In this document: positions 14,901 to 28,934 of the stretch, piece by piece
Layout of the letters: every line of letters starts with the position of its first letter
Numbering within the stretch: the first letter of the stretch is position 1
Source: Tubiluchus corallicola
Taxonomy: Eukaryota > Animalia > Priapulida
DNA: 64,000 nucleotides
Assembly (NCBI GenBank): GCA_030141605.1
Contig: JAQGDQ010000032.1
Span: 662,065-726,064, forward strand
Reading direction: 5' to 3'
The notes under the pieces: model-generated
The model's database searches: none
Seen by the model: the letters and a program-made list of their open reading frames with translations, nothing else
What the model was told of the DNA's origin: nothing
Program-made: the position numbers and the translations under genes

Positions 14901-15869
14901 CCCAATCAGTGTTTTTGTTATAATACATGTTAATTTTGTGTGTGACGTTATTGTATAAATGTACCCTGCAACACATACGTTGGTCATGTTATGACATAAT
15001 TTAATGTTCTGTGTTCTGTGTTCTTACTCTTCAGCGCGACAAATTTTTTTATTTCCCACAAAGTTTCAGTTTCAGCATATATTTATATATAGGCCTGTAT
15101 GTTTCATTGTGCTCAATAAGTAATCTCGCATCTCAGCTTTTCGTAATCTTAGTCAATCAATTTTAGTAATCTTGGAAACAATATTGCTTTGCCGGCTTTT
15201 GCGATTCGTGAAGGAAACTAATTAAAAGGGGCGGTTTTATTGGTCCCCGAGGTCCCACTCAATGGAATATTGGAATCCAGCAGCTTAGAAGCCCGGAAAA
15301 TGTCAGCTATTCTTTGAGTAATCGAACAATGTTGACAATGTATTTTAGTTGCTGAATTGTTTACACTACACTACATTAGACTTCCAGCCTTCCAATTGTT
15401 TCTATGATTGTTACACCCCCTATGTTTGCAGCAATGAAATTTTAGTTGACTGAGCCATTAAAGCTGTTAATTGGTCATTCCTTTTCTCAGTTTTGTTTGA
15501 TATTAATGTCAGAATCTGACTTTCGTGTTTAAGTAATAAATAGGCTAACTCTTTCGTTAAAGTTGCATATGATAATTTATATGGTAGGCATATCATTTTT
15601 TGTTTAAAAGTGTTAGTTTCAATCTAAATTCATGATTCTGATTGCAGTTTTTTTGCATTTTGTCATTTTGTCAATACAGAGAGACACTATAAAACGTCGT
15701 TGATTTGTTAACAAATTTTACTTTTTAGTAAAGTTAACGATTTTCAAGTTCGCCATACTTCTGTTTCAGAGTTTTGGGAAAATTTCTCGAATAGCATAAT
15801 GTAGTGTCCGTGAACCAGTTTTTCCTGTGAGTTTGACGCCCCTTTCCGGTAGAAGTATGTATATAGCGT

Positions 15870-16360
15870 ACTGGTCAACCTTCTTGGAAGTTAGGCTTAT
15901 TTCAATGTTCCTGAAAAATGTTAGGATTTAATAATAAAAGTGCGATAAGCGCCTCGTGTGATTAGTAAAATCACTTCAAAGTAACGCTCATTTTTCCACC
16001 AGTGACGTCGTTCATCGGCTGAAGAAACTGTCAATTTCTGTCAAAAGTATAAGTTTTTACAAAAAATTAGATATCCAATTTTGTGATATTTTTGCATGAA
16101 CATTAGATAAGTTTGAATTAGTTTAAGCAGTGCACGCTTACTGAAAGCCACGATGCGCTTACGAAAAGTCATGAAGTCAGCCGGTTACGTCGTAATTTTC
16201 AAGTGAATGGCGGCTACCGTCGCACCTCAAAATTTCTACACAGCAGTAGTACAAAATAACTTTGTGCTTTATAGGCAGTTTTTTGCCAATTTCCTTGTTA
16301 TATTTGTCTAAACAATGAAATAAACCCAGCCTGCTAAGTGATTTGTCATTTACTTTTGTT
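15870..16360 (+). mobile_element. MITE family A copy in the tincar intron
   Basis: Shared blocks include gaagttaggcttatttcaatgtt, gcgcctcgtgtgattagtaaaatcac, gaaagccacgatgcgctt and tgctttataggcagtttttt. Confidence 0.75.
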
Positions 16361-16922
16361 CTCTATATGTATAATAGTATGGCAGCTCATAGTTGATGTA
16401 CACATTGCACTACCGAAGAATTTCATGTAAAGAAAACCGCACAATCTCACATTGCGTTCTCGAACTTTCGAAAAATGCGTTACAGAAAGTTATGAAAAAA
16501 ATTAAACAAAAAATTAAACAAATCCTGCTGTGTAATTAATCTGGCAAGAAAATTGCAGGCCCTGTGAAGTTCGTTTTTTACTTGACTATTTTTAGTCAGT
16601 TCTTATGAATAATACAATGTACACCTCATAGAGCATGGCAACTGGTAATAATTATACTATTTTGTGAAATAGGAAAATCCACCAAGCGAACGCGATTAAT
16701 AATGTTAATTAAAGAAACAATTATTATCTATCGAAACGGCAATGTAAAAATGTAGTAGGAAATTATAAAACCATGAGGGATATGTTTTTTGTAACTGCTG
16801 TTCTCTTTTTAGAGCATTATAGATTAGGTCAACGGGTGATCAACAATATAATGCCTTAAAATATGCGCTGTGGAATTTAATTACGCCAATATTTCTTAGC
16901 TCTTTTTTCATTAGATCATACA

Positions 16923-17500
16923 GTGAATAGCAACAGAAATTTTTTATCGATCCCCATGATATCTGTGTGCGCCTCAGTTAAAATTCATCATAATTATTCA
17001 CATTTTTTTTATTGTTCAAAGGATGTAAAACGTACGCTGTTTAAGTCGTATTGTTCGTCATTTTATTGTTCCAGTATCTGGATAAATATTACTTGTACAA
17101 CTTTAATAAGCTAAAGTCTGCTTACTACACAGCTATCGCAAAATTCTTCAAATATAGACATGGTACTCGAGCTTCTCCTATCTGTGTAGAAAATGATATT
17201 AATCATTTTAAAGTTATTTTGCGTAAATGTAGGCATGTTTTAAACTCTAGTAATTGTTTATTAAAGCACGTAATTTACAATACATGTAATTTACAATAGT
17301 GATGTTTTATATGCTCTAACATTTTTGCCTATTGGAATGTAATTTTAGTGTATTTTTATAAATATTTTAATTAATTTCTCTTCTTATACTTTCTGTAAAT
17401 TGTAAATTTATGTTTTTATAATTAGTTTTTTTAGTAATTATCCTATTCTTATGGCTTAAGACTAGGTCTACGAGCTAAAATAAATAAAATAATAATAATA
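16923..17500 (+). mobile_element. Decayed 3' end of a non-LTR retrotransposon (RTE-X/L2-like) in the tincar intron
   Basis: Frameshifted peptides FFYCSKDVKRTLFKSYCSSFYCSSIW and NKLKSAYYTAIAKFF...ASPICVENDINHFKVILRK resemble LINE ORF2 post-RT regions. Ends in a (TAAA)/(TAA)n tail. Confidence 0.65.
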
Positions 17501-18019
17501 ACATTTTTCTAGCATTGTGTTTTTTATGTTTCACAGTATGTTTTTATGATATGGATTAATATTAATTTCGCTACTTTGAGCTCTAATAATCTTGTTTGCT
17601 CCCAGGAAACGATTCCAGGCACGTGGCATATGGAGTTGATAAAAACTTGGCTTCAGAGTAGGTTATTTTGGCCCTGCCTGCCACGCACATGCGCACGTTT
17701 GCTGGTTTCACGATTAGGTCCAAAGACAACGTTATTGGTTATAAGAAGTCTTTTACAATGAACTTTCTAACAATGACTTTAACCCTGAAACGCTAAAAAA
17801 TCACCGATCATAATGGTTCAGTATCCATGCTTCTGCAATAGACTATAGGGCGATTTTCGAAATCTTTCAAAAGAATGGGATGACTTAAGCGGTGTTTATG
17901 ATACCCCTTTATTGTGTCACCATTTTGTCATCATCGTCATCACCATCACCGTCTTCATAACCATCTTAAAACGATCATTGCCATTTCTGAAAATTACTAA
18001 AACATTACTTATGGATAAT

Positions 18020-18450
18020 TATTATTTTTAATTAAATTTTGATACACTTGAATGACATAGAATGTGAAAAAGTTTTGATGCAGTCTGGATTTGAACTAGG
18101 GATCTTCTGTCTAACAAGGAACTCTAGACCACTTGGCAATTGTATTTCCCTGTTATTCAACTTTTGTCCCTATAGTTGATTTTCCAGTTTTTTTCACATT
18201 TCCTGCTTTTCAAGTTTTCACATTAAAATGTCTCATCATTAGACCATCACATAGAATTGCCGGGTAATTTGGTGATCCATTACAATTGAATTAAACATTT
18301 ATCATGGATGGTGTATGAGGGATCTGTAATGTGTACTAGTCATGACGTTAGACTTGTAATCTGAAGGTTTCTGACTAAATCTAAAATCAGTGCCGACTTT
18401 TTCACATTTCCTTCTTTTTAGTCAATTTTGATAATGGATTACTATAATTA
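18020..18450. mobile_element. Cluster of the same tRNA-Thr-derived SINE: a minus copy, a plus tail fragment and a plus copy
   Basis: The minus copy (~18020-18148) reads tgccaagtggtctag...gttcaaatccagactgcatcaaaactttttcacatt. The plus copy (~18320-18450) has the anticodon arm TTAGA-CTTGTAA-TCTGA and the tail actttttcacatttcc. Confidence 0.6.
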
Positions 18451-18929
18451 TTAGTAAGTTTGTCATTTAGAGAAATACATTAATACATGTTTGAGCGTTA
18501 ATCTAAATCTGGTTAGATGGAAACACGGGGTTTTGTAAACTATACCGGTTTTATTTCAGTTCCTTATAGAAGTAATTCATCCGCGCCAGCTAAACACATT
18601 AGCGCACACATGTGGCTACTATTTAATGGGAATTTGGCCAAAGTGGTAACCAAATTTTTATGCTTCGGTTAAACGAGTTTAGTAAACACATGATGTGCAG
18701 AGAAGCCCTCCTCGCGTAGATGGAGTAAAGATAAAGAATTTAGTGGCGTCTATAGCGTCTCTCTGGAATTTGTTATGGGTTCAGATTCAGCTATGATAGT
18801 TGCAATCATAACTAATGGCGATAATGGCGGTATCTCCAAAGTAGTACGAAACCTATTTCTAACTTTCTTTTCCACTCCTTCATTTTCTCATTCTGTCCTT
18901 CATTCTTTCGCTCACCTCTCTCGTTCTCT

Positions 18930-18975
18930 ATCTGTTTCTCTCCAGTTCTCTTTTCTCTCTCTCTTTCTCTCCTAT

Positions 18976-19068
<93 letters not shown>
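18930..19068. repeat. (CT)n microsatellite and polypyrimidine tract
   Basis: Direct reading. Confidence 0.95.
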
Positions 19069-19774
19069 GTTTTTTCTCTTTTTGCTTTCCATTCCCTCTT
19101 TTTCTTTTTTACTCATTGTGACACTCTGTCATTCTTTATTTGTATCTAGTTATCAGTCTATGAAAGCCTTTCTATTCTATCTGTCTAGCTGCCTGTTATT
19201 TTTTAAAATGATTTTTAAAATACTGGCAATGTTGGGTTTTGCCGCAGACGCCTGAAATTCATAATCTCAAAATATGGCAAAGAACACTTAAATTTGCAAA
19301 TCATTTTTCATCACACTATAAAGTTGTATACTGTGTTTCATGCTTGCCTGTAAGTTGGTATTGGTATCCAAATTTATGATGGTTACGATGACGATACAAT
19401 TAGTAGACATCATTTCCTCAATAGAAATGCAATTTAAAAACAGTAACACCATAATCTGTAATCAGTCAGAGTTGTCATCATTCATCAATTAGGACTGTAT
19501 ACTTTCGTTCAATAAGATGCTCAGTGAAACTGCCATGAATGAATACATTAAACATCAGTTGCATTAATCAGTTGTCAGTGTTTATGGTGTGGTGTGCATT
19601 GGTTCTGTGTAACTTTAGAAAAAAGTTGGATAGTTATTATAAAGTGTGTTCTACTTCTGTGTCTCAAAAAATAAATGTTGGCAAGGTAAGCAGGACCTTC
19701 TTAAGTATTTGTGTTCATTGAATTGATGCAAAACCATGTCCACGTGAAAGTGAATCTATTTTCTTTCATTTTAG

Positions 19775-21741
19775 GCACAATATGGGTGACTGACATTGAC
19801 CATCTATTCAATGATGATGTTGTCGACACGTACAACTACTCTGCTTATACAAGAACCGAAACACTTCCTCATCTTGTCACATCAGTTGATGTCATGGGCG
19901 CATCCCTGGAATTTGCAAACTTTGGATTTGCACTGCTTGTCTTGGGCGTACGATATCCGGCAGTCTTTTGGTTCACTAATAAAGTCTTCAGTATGTTGTT
20001 TTCAGGTTACGCGATTCTCAGCACCATCTACCAAATGATATCATTCTCTGGCTTCTGCATTATGTATAAAATTCAAGCATATGGTGTCCGTAGTATCATT
20101 GATGACCGTCAACTGATTTTGGGCGGTGGGGCGACTACATTACTTTACATTTTTGGAAGTATACTGGTTTTTTTCTCACCCGTGTTAATCTTCTGGCATG
20201 GGATTCTAAAGTATGGACACAACCTTACTGTGGAAAGAGAAAGGCTAAGCGTGGTTAATGAAGGTCGTTCATCCCATGGCTACATGCCTCATTTAATGGC
20301 CATGGCTATGCTAGTATTAGCTACCGCATGCAAAGGCCCTTTAGTATACGATCATTTAGTAGTTTATAGCAAGATACCTTCCTATGTAATTGGTGTGAGT
20401 ATAATTTGTGACATATGTTACCTTTTATTATGGATTGTATTTTGGTTTGTGCTAACCATTAGAAGAAATTGGAAGTTTCACATTGAGTTTGCAGAAATGC
20501 CAAAGAAAAGTCCAAATTCATTAATTAGTGGCAAAAGCATAGAAAAGACAAACTTACTAGGCTCAGAAAGCCCAGATTTAAGAGATCCAGAAAAAAGAAG
20601 TTTGCTGGGAATGTTACAGATTGGCAAAGATAACAATGAGATTTGGAAAAATTCATTGAAAAGAGCTGCAAGAGGTAGTATCAGTAGCACTAAGAAAAAC
20701 TTTGTCACCATGAGTGAAGATGAATCTGATAGACAATCTTCCCAAAATAGTGATAGGTGTAATAGTCGTGGCATATACATCAGTGGCCCAATTCAATCAG
20801 TATTTGACACAGTGCCTCTTGCACCAATCCCAAAGGATTATAACATCCTTCCAGCGATGCAAGACATGACTAATATCCCTCTTATGAAGCAGTTGGAAAC
20901 CTGCAAAGAAAATGAAGGAGACAGTGCTGTTAACAATTTTCTGAATGACATGACCTTTTGCAGACCAATGGATATCAAGTACATGTCATTGGATCGCTTG
21001 TACAATGTGAATCATACAAAGCACAAGCAAGAAGAAAGCTTGACAAGAAAGCTGCTTCAAAATCAGTGTTACCAAATGGATGAAGAGCATCCTGGGCACC
21101 ATTATTACAGAAGCTTGCGACATGGTCAACGTCGGAGTATGCCTCATTATTCTCGCAGCAGCCAAACTTTCAACTGCAACAGAAAGACTCGCCCGTCACT
21201 GCCTACAATGTTGAAGATGGGCTTTGACCTTCCACGCACACCATCACCATATCAGAACAACTGCTATTTAGCATCACAAAATGCCTCACTATTTGGGAGA
21301 AAACTGGGGAATATGCAAGACGAAGTTCAAGCAAGCGAAGTGTATGAGAGAAGGGTAAATTCGAACATGACGTCTTTTACAGACCGACCAGATTTTCCTA
21401 TTGATGACAGCATGGATTTTCCTAAATCTCCAGACCCTGATTACACAGAAATTGTAGAACAGATAGAAGAAGATGCCGAAGAGTCTGCAGAAGAAGAAGA
21501 AGCAAATGAAAATGACATGGATGCTGAAGCAAATGAAAAACCTTCTCCAAGTTTTAGTAGAGGTCGAAGGGATTCTGCCAATTATTCTTTGACTGATTCC
21601 AATGGAAATGAGTCAGACCACTATGGCTACAGTAATGTGCACCTCAGAGATGTTGACAACTATTGTCATCCCGGTGTCATTAGAAAACCTTCTCCGAGTG
21701 ATTCTAGTGGGAATTGTACATTGAATGACAATGACACTTAG
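19775..21741 (+). CDS. tinc: Tincar-like protein, coding exon 2 (five more TM helices and a long low-complexity/acidic tail); spliced CDS 2424 nt, 807 aa
   Basis: Acceptor ttctttcattttag|GC at 19774/19775 is phase-compatible with exon 1 (G+GC = Gly, giving ...FLKLGTIWVTD...). Motifs SLEFANF..ALLV.GVRYPAVFW.TNK.FS, GYMPH, YLLLWIVFWFVLTIR.NWKF and RDSANYS. About 8 TM helices in total, as in Drosophila Tincar. Confidence 0.88.
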
Positions 21742-22269
21742 ATGAGCCCAAATTAGATTTACCAATTTAACGTCTTCAATTAGTTTCTACCGAGTGAAAT
21801 AAAATAAGTTATTCTTAAAAGGCAGCAGGTTGTCTTTGTACAGAAGCATAGATGAAAGTCACATTTCTACGTAATTTTGAAAATTATAATTGTTTTTTAA
21901 GTAGCATAATAATTATTTGCAATCCGGATTGCAAGATTATTGATGTCTGTATCAGACATGGATGAGCTAGTTTTGCATATATTTTTTTGCTGGGACCTTG
22001 CCATGTTTTTATTTTATTTATACATTTGTATTGTGTGCTAGTATGTTTTTTGAATATTTATTGCAACCGTTCTATGCTCACGTGCTCATGTTCTGTGTGT
22101 TTAAGTTATGATCTTGGCAGTGTAATGTCAGATTCACAAAATAAAAAATCTGTTTTGCAAGTAAAAGTATTGGTTTAAAAAATCTAACACAGTATGTCTC
22201 AATTTTCTTCAATTATAGTTTACATTTGTTTAATTGTTTCGAGAATTATTGTGTTACATTATTTCTTGG

Positions 22270-22275
22270 AATAAA
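22270..22275 (+). promoter_or_regulatory. Candidate polyadenylation signal (AATAAA) of the tincar-like gene
   Basis: AATAAA at the end of a ~530 nt AU-rich stretch after the stop codon. An alternative AATAAA lies at 21798-21803. Confidence 0.35.
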
Positions 22276-23621
22276 CGCAAAGAAGCTACAGTAAATTTGA
22301 AACTTTTATTGAAACCTCTACTGTTATAAAAAAACCTATCGTGGCTTCGTATATGTATATACATATGCATATAATTGTATGTATTTTATATCTGTTTGAA
22401 TGACATGTAATAACGTTATATGTGCACGCTGAAGAATGATGTTATATTTAATGTGTAATAAATTTTCAATTCCATAACTGCTTTGACATGTTCTTTCATG
22501 TACCTGGCTCTGATATTCGTAAATTGCCTACAATACCTGATGCACACTAGTACATTGCTCTGGACTAGCTGTTCACTTTTCCAGATTTCCTTCCTTATAC
22601 CCATTGTGTAAATCATCTTGCTCTTTGTTTAATATGCTAATTAACTCGCTGCATTCTGTTCTTGCAAGCACCAACATCACATTCGGTTCTTTAAAAGCAA
22701 GATGCCTTTTTGTTTCGGCTGCCCGTCTCAATGTGTTGAATTCGCAGCGTGAATTGGAGAGAAACGCATCGAAGAAAGGAATTCATGCGTAAGGTTAGAT
22801 CTATTGTGACAAAAATTTAATGCGAGTAATTTTAATGTTGAAATTCGGGTGCACATTATACGGTTTATATTGCTCAAGTAATATTTGTAGCTGTGATGTA
22901 AAAACTAAATGTCTTTATTTAGAAGGTGCACTCCAGTGGCCACCCCACAAGGCTTCATTACGAGAGTCGCCACGAGTTGCGGTTACCAAAGCTAACCAAA
23001 CACGAATGCGAAATTAATACAAGCTGCGCAAGGCGCTCATGTGGTCATACCAAACATATCTCTTTGTCAGCTACCCTGTCGGCATAACACCACAGGCATA
23101 AAAAACTAGGCAATCTAATCTCAAGTACACATCTGTTAAAGTTTTACAAAACGTTCTCATTTCTGAAGATCCCATCCCTTGATGGTGTCCATTTATGTAA
23201 CTTCATCCCTGCGCACACGTGCTCGCAAAACCAAGATGGCCAGACAAAAAAATCAGAACTATGATCACATATGGCCGAGTGAAATTCTTTAGTAACAATA
23301 AGAGATTCATTGCATTATCAGAAACAATAGTAATAAATAGTAAGGATGCAAATAGAGTCAAACTTCAATGTGTTGTTGGTGTTAGCGAATAAATTTCTTA
23401 AATTAACATATGCATTGTCCAAGGTTCAACATGAAGGACAGATGATAACAGTTCATCTTAGTGACGGATGTGGAAGTCCCTGTCGTGGGGTTTAGCATAA
23501 ATGAATTTCATGGTGGTTTTACAAATGACGTTCATCGTAAACTGCGTCCCATTTTAAGGACGGGCCAAACTCGTACCATGTGCGATTGTACACATTTTGA
23601 GAATTAAAGTGTTACTTATTA

Positions 23622-24072
23622 GTCTTCTTCTTCCCAGCTTTTCCCTATGCGGGGTCGCCGTTGTGAATGAGTCTTCTCCACACATTCCTGTTGTTGACCA
23701 TCTCTTCATTTATGTTCTTCTCGCTAAGGTCTCCATTAATACATTCAATCCATCGCCGCTTGGGTCGTCATATTCTTCTATTTCCCAGCACTTGCATTTC
23801 CTGACCACCCTTCCCACGTGATCTTCACCGACTCTTCTTTTCAGGTGTCCATACCATCGCAATCTTGCGAGGCTTCCACTACTTTTACTGTTTCTCTGAT
23901 ATATTATTTCTAGTTTTATCCCTTCTTGTTATTCCCACCATCCATCTCAACATCCTCATCTCCACCACATCCATTTTCTTCTCTTCGGTCTTCTTTAGAG
24001 AAGCTGCTTCCAGCCCATAGATTAGAGCGGGTCTGACCACTTCTTTGTGGACTTTACCTTTAAGTCTCACCG
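23622..24072 (-). mobile_element. 5'-truncated RTE-clade LINE fragment
   Basis: LKGKVHKEVVRPALIYGLE...EMRMLRWMVGITRRDKTRN followed by RLRWYGHLKRR is the characteristic RTE ORF C-terminus. Frameshifted, with a short 3' end. Confidence 0.85.
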
Positions 24073-26131
24073 ACTCATTCAGTGTACTCTATTAGTATTA
24101 TTATTATTACTAAAATTATTACTCTTCCACGCAGATTTGATCATTTGAATATTCAGTGTTTAGACAGCGCACCAAGTCGAAAAACAATGACAGAATTTTT
24201 GGAAGCCTCTGGGGTAAATTTTTTAAGCGTTGAACATTGAATATCTTTCTAGCCCATCTTGGGTGCAAAACAGACGATAAAACTGTATTAGTAAGGTTTT
24301 TACCACCACTTGATATTTCAGTGGTTTAGTTTTTTTATCATTTGAAATGTACAAAAATTTTTTCCAGATAACCAAGATTTATATTTGGCAGTAAAACCTT
24401 GACGCCAAAATGAGATCCTTATAGTAATCCTTATTCCCCATGTATGCAGCGCCATCTGTTGGGCAAGTATGGGGTTAAATTTTTGCTATCTATGCCGCAT
24501 CCTGCGTGTTCTTGTCTAGAAATCTCATTGTATGAATGGTCTCAATTAGTTCTAATGTCAAATCCTGATTAAAGATGTATAACAATAGCAGTTTACGTCA
24601 AAGACAACGACCTTCGTTTAAGCCAGTTCTTTAAAAAACAATTAAGAGCAATGAATTTTTAATGCAACTCAAAAAAACTCATTTTGAATTTTGTATTGTC
24701 TCCATGTAATTTTCACTATATATACGTTCATTTTTTGAATAGGTAAAACTTGAAAATTTGAAAAAGTTATTATAATAAAACTACATTGTGTAATAGATAG
24801 GAGAAAAACTAGTAGTAGTTCATCTATATAGGTAATAACCAGTTTTATTATTTCGACAACGAGTTTTATAATATTTATTTTTTCTGAATTACTGATGCAT
24901 CATGCTAAGATCGTCAGACTTTGATGACATTTTAGCAGTTTTTCCGTGGCTTTCGTGGCCATTGACGCGCAGTATTTAAATAGTGGGTCCCAAAACGGCA
25001 TCTTCTGCTTGCCAACCCGAGTCGATTTTAAAAGAAAATTCATTTTGCGAAATTTTCAAACATATGTACGCAACACTAGTGTCATTAATTAATACAGACT
25101 CGTGCATATTGTTATTTCATTTTTATATTCACAGGATTAAAACTTTCTCAGTAATGTTTGATAGACCTGCATGATTCTGCATTATATGAGTATATACATC
25201 ACAGCAAGTCCAGAAGCAAGGCTGTCTTTAACAAATTTAAAATAACATGAGTTTATTTTCTATAAAATTGAGTACTTCTGTTTCTATTACAATAAACCAT
25301 TACTAAATAAACAGGCGTAACAATGAATAAATGCAATATTTACATAGAAATTGGTATGGTCCATGGAAAAACGAAACTTATCGAGGAATTAACAAGTGGA
25401 TTTCACCGACGAAGCTATAAAGTTGATTTATCGGCAAAAAAGACGATAAACGCAGTTTTGTAAAGATAAACAATGGACTTCGAAATATTGGGGAATTTTT
25501 TGTTGTTAATACATTTCTTTTTCAGAATTGAAAATAAAGCCACAAAGGCTTAACTATTATCTTCTCTGAAAAGCAATAGGGAGTTTCTACATGCTTCTAA
25601 GTTGTATGCTAAATTTCAGTGCATATAATGCAATAATACAAAAATTAATGCCTCATAGCACAAAGGACCATGAGCAGTCTATTTGGGTTTTAACAAAACA
25701 TTCCTTGATCTGTTTGTCTACTTAATAACCTCAGTGGTGTAAATGTAATATTTGCGAGTTTAGATAAATAAATCGGCAGCAAGGAATAATAGCGGGATCT
25801 TTGAATTGTTATAATAACTTATCTACAACACGAAGCGAAGAAAAATTCTTAGGTGCACGGCGAGTCACGTTGCCGAAGTTCTGTGCTTAAAGCAATTACA
25901 ACGTTAGACAGTCAAATGAATAGCAACATCCATAACAAAAATAGAGAGGTGGTTGAACGGTGACCGGTTATAAAGTATCATGTATTAGTAATTGTTTTGT
26001 TTGTATATAGTGTCATTATATTTCAAAATTGAAATTGTATATATGTCTTGTTTTCTTGTATATTTTAAAATTGAAATTGTATGTATGTCTTGTTTCTTGT
26101 ATTGTATGTACTTTTGACACTAATAAATAAA

Positions 26132-26468
26132 TAAATATCTATGAAGTCGCGGGAAAAAAGCCACAAAAAGTCACAATTTTGGCTAGGAAACAAAGTCAGG
26201 CAGTCAAGCAAAAATATTCACGTCAGTCTCAACTTATTTAAGTACCATAAAAGCAATTAAAGTAATAAAGCAGAAAATTTTTATATCCGTTATTAACTGG
26301 CAAAACAAAATTTGTACATATTGACAACACTATTTATATATCATGACATTACATGTATGTAAAAAATCATGTTTTCTTCAACATGGGTTAGGGTTTGGAC
26401 TATTCGTTTTTTGATTTTCACTTTTTCCAGTGACTTTTTTACCTGCGACGTTTTTGCCCGTGACTTCA
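26132..26468. mobile_element. MITE-like element with inverted subterminal repeats
   Basis: Ends tgaagtcgcggg and cccgtgacttca. Repeated aaaaagtcac-like units on the left and gtgacttttt-like units on the right. Internal gggttagggttt. Confidence 0.55.
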
Positions 26469-27919
26469 CTGCCTGGATGCAGTTAATCACAACGAGGTTT
26501 ATTAGTATTAGCGATTTTTCGGGAAACCACTGCCCCCTTCATCAGGTTATGTGAAATTAATGACGTAGAATTCCTGTTCACATAGTATAGCTGCTTTCTG
26601 ACATCAAATCCTGCAAGTCCGAACCAGAAAATTTAGTCCGTTATTTTTTTCCAGTGGGCCAATTCTGCAGAACTTGCTCAACCAAACCACAAATCTGTAG
26701 CTGTTAATAAATATTATCGTGGAAAAGATAGCTAGGTTAAATTCTCACAACATTCAGGTAGCTTCAAAACCAATAATGACACTAAAATCTAAATTTCTAT
26801 CACAAAACTTAGTTGCCCCCCCCCCCCTGAAAAAACATTTGGTGTAATGCATAATTTGAAATGCCTGGATTGTCTTTGGGAGTATATTTGTGAAATTGCA
26901 CTATATTTAAAAATCAAGATTCATGAACATTCAAAAAATATTTATTTGGTTGCTTCTCGCGCTCTCTAAAGTGGCAGATAATGTTATTAATTTAAACCAT
27001 AACAAAGGTTTGGCAAAGGCAAAAATTTTATTCAGGGAAAATTTTTGGTGTCCCAATTGTAATACAAATTCGGGAAATCATTGCATTTCAGTGTCTATAG
27101 AATACAGATAATTAATTGATTCGTAACATGTATTTTTCAGTTTACTATAGTAAGTATTCGCTCATTGATAGGTAATAAGTATCTTTTCAGTCTACCAAGG
27201 TAGTTATTCTATCATTCCACTTTGTTGTGTGAGGTAGTTTGTTTATTTTCTTTTAATGTATTTAAATGTCAATCTGAAATTCTGTATGATTAATTTTTTG
27301 GCACCTGATGAAGAAAGTAGTGGCTTCTAGAAAAATCGTTAAATGCTTAAACTTATTGCTAATAAAGTTTGATTAAGTACCTCTTTATTTTAACCTAAAA
27401 ACAGTATTTAATATTTTTAAGTACTGCAACAAGTTATCCAACCAATGTCCCTCTAAAATCAGTTCACTACAACTGCAGTTGCTTTATTATACGTGTATAG
27501 GTGGGAGTTAGTTTGTGCGAACATGACATATTTGCGTCTTCAGAAATGAGGGAGATCTCAACTTGCCATCTTTAACATACAAACGTTAAGTGCATTTTAG
27601 AATCTCTCAATGATTATTTAATTATTTCAGGAAATCAATCAATAAATATTTAATCAATGTAAATAAATAATGTCCTGAAGTAAATAAATAAATAATCATT
27701 GTGACACTACAAAGGGTATTCAACATTTTTATATTTGGGTCGGTCTTCTTTTCAGCAAAAAAACTTAAGCGACTCACACACCAAAGTCTCTCTTAACTCT
27801 ACTGCATAATACTAATTATCATTCTGAGCATCTAATCTTAACACAGTAGTCCATCATTATTTTGACAAGTTAACCACAAAAGACTTTGTGAGTGCACAAA
27901 CAGACAAGAGGCCTATGAG

Positions 27920-28273
27920 CAGGGCCGGATTATGAGCTTTTCGAGCCCCGAAATTTAATGAAATCATGAGGCCCTTCAGACGAAGGCAATCTCTAACTTG
28001 CCTGCACACGTCTTGAATATTTTTACTCGTGATGTATTTTAGCGACATTCACATAGCCTGAAGTAACTTATTGCAAATTCTTTAAATAAACTAGACTAGC
28101 TATCTTTTGCATGTCAATACAAATATGAAGAAATACTACTATTTTAATATTTTTGGCATACCAAATTAGCACATATTTCAACACAACAGTAGTGAAAAAA
28201 CAGCTTTTTAACCAAAACTTGAGGGTCCCCAAATTCGTGGGACTCTAGGAACCTGTAGGATAATCCGGTCCTG
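27920..28273. mobile_element. hAT-like MITE
   Basis: TIRs CAGGGCCGGATTA ... TAATCCGGTCCTG (12/13 match). The 8-bp flanks cctatgag and cttatgag match 7/8, consistent with a hAT target-site duplication. Confidence 0.8.
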
Positions 28274-28934
28274 CTTATGAGAATATAGTATAGACATTTA
28301 TAGGCCTACAATCATAAGCCAGATCTTAGCCATAGTGGGATTATTAACAATCTGAACACCCTATCAGCAAAATACGCAAACTAAGCTACGTGGAGAGCAA
28401 GTCTACCCCATCTTTTTCCAGTTGAAGGCTCAAAGTTTCTTAAATTTGTTCACTACGTTGAATCTTCCGTGTCTAAGACGGGATTTACAAACTCTAAAAA
28501 ACATCTGACCTTGAGATCATATCTAGAATTTTGAAACTGTTTCATCAATATTTTTTCTGGTTCATCCAGGCCACTAGTACTTGTTTCACATCGAAACTGT
28601 CTCAAACAGCGCAGACTTATTGCTCCAAAGTAAGTTAACTCTCACATTGTTTCCGCCGTTAATTAAATGTAATTGCCGTTCATAGTATCTGGTACCGAGA
28701 CCACGGCTGCAAACTTGAGTCACACAATTTGATACATTTCATCGTTTTGCGCTGTTTCAGCGACATTTCAATTTTTACTGTGCAAAATTACAGTTGCTTG
28801 CATCATATAGCAATTAAATGTGAGTAGTATAAGGCCATCATGTACAGCTTGCTTATATACTTATTTACACTTTGGAGACCTAATCAGTTGCTGGTATAAA
28901 AATGATGGCACATTCTAAACCTACAGCGCCATCA

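Noticed and set aside
18775-19149. SL-repeat and ER-repeat ORFs
   Set aside because: Translations of the (CT)n microsatellite.
19711-19774. N-terminal extension of the 676 aa ORF
   Set aside because: Intronic sequence upstream of the acceptor at 19774; the true N-terminus is in exon 9291-9747.
21739-21756. Stop-codon readthrough or selenocysteine recoding at gene ends
   Set aside because: The tincar TAG is followed by another stop five codons later, the CUB gene ends in tandem TGA TGA, and I saw no readthrough context or SECIS-like structure.
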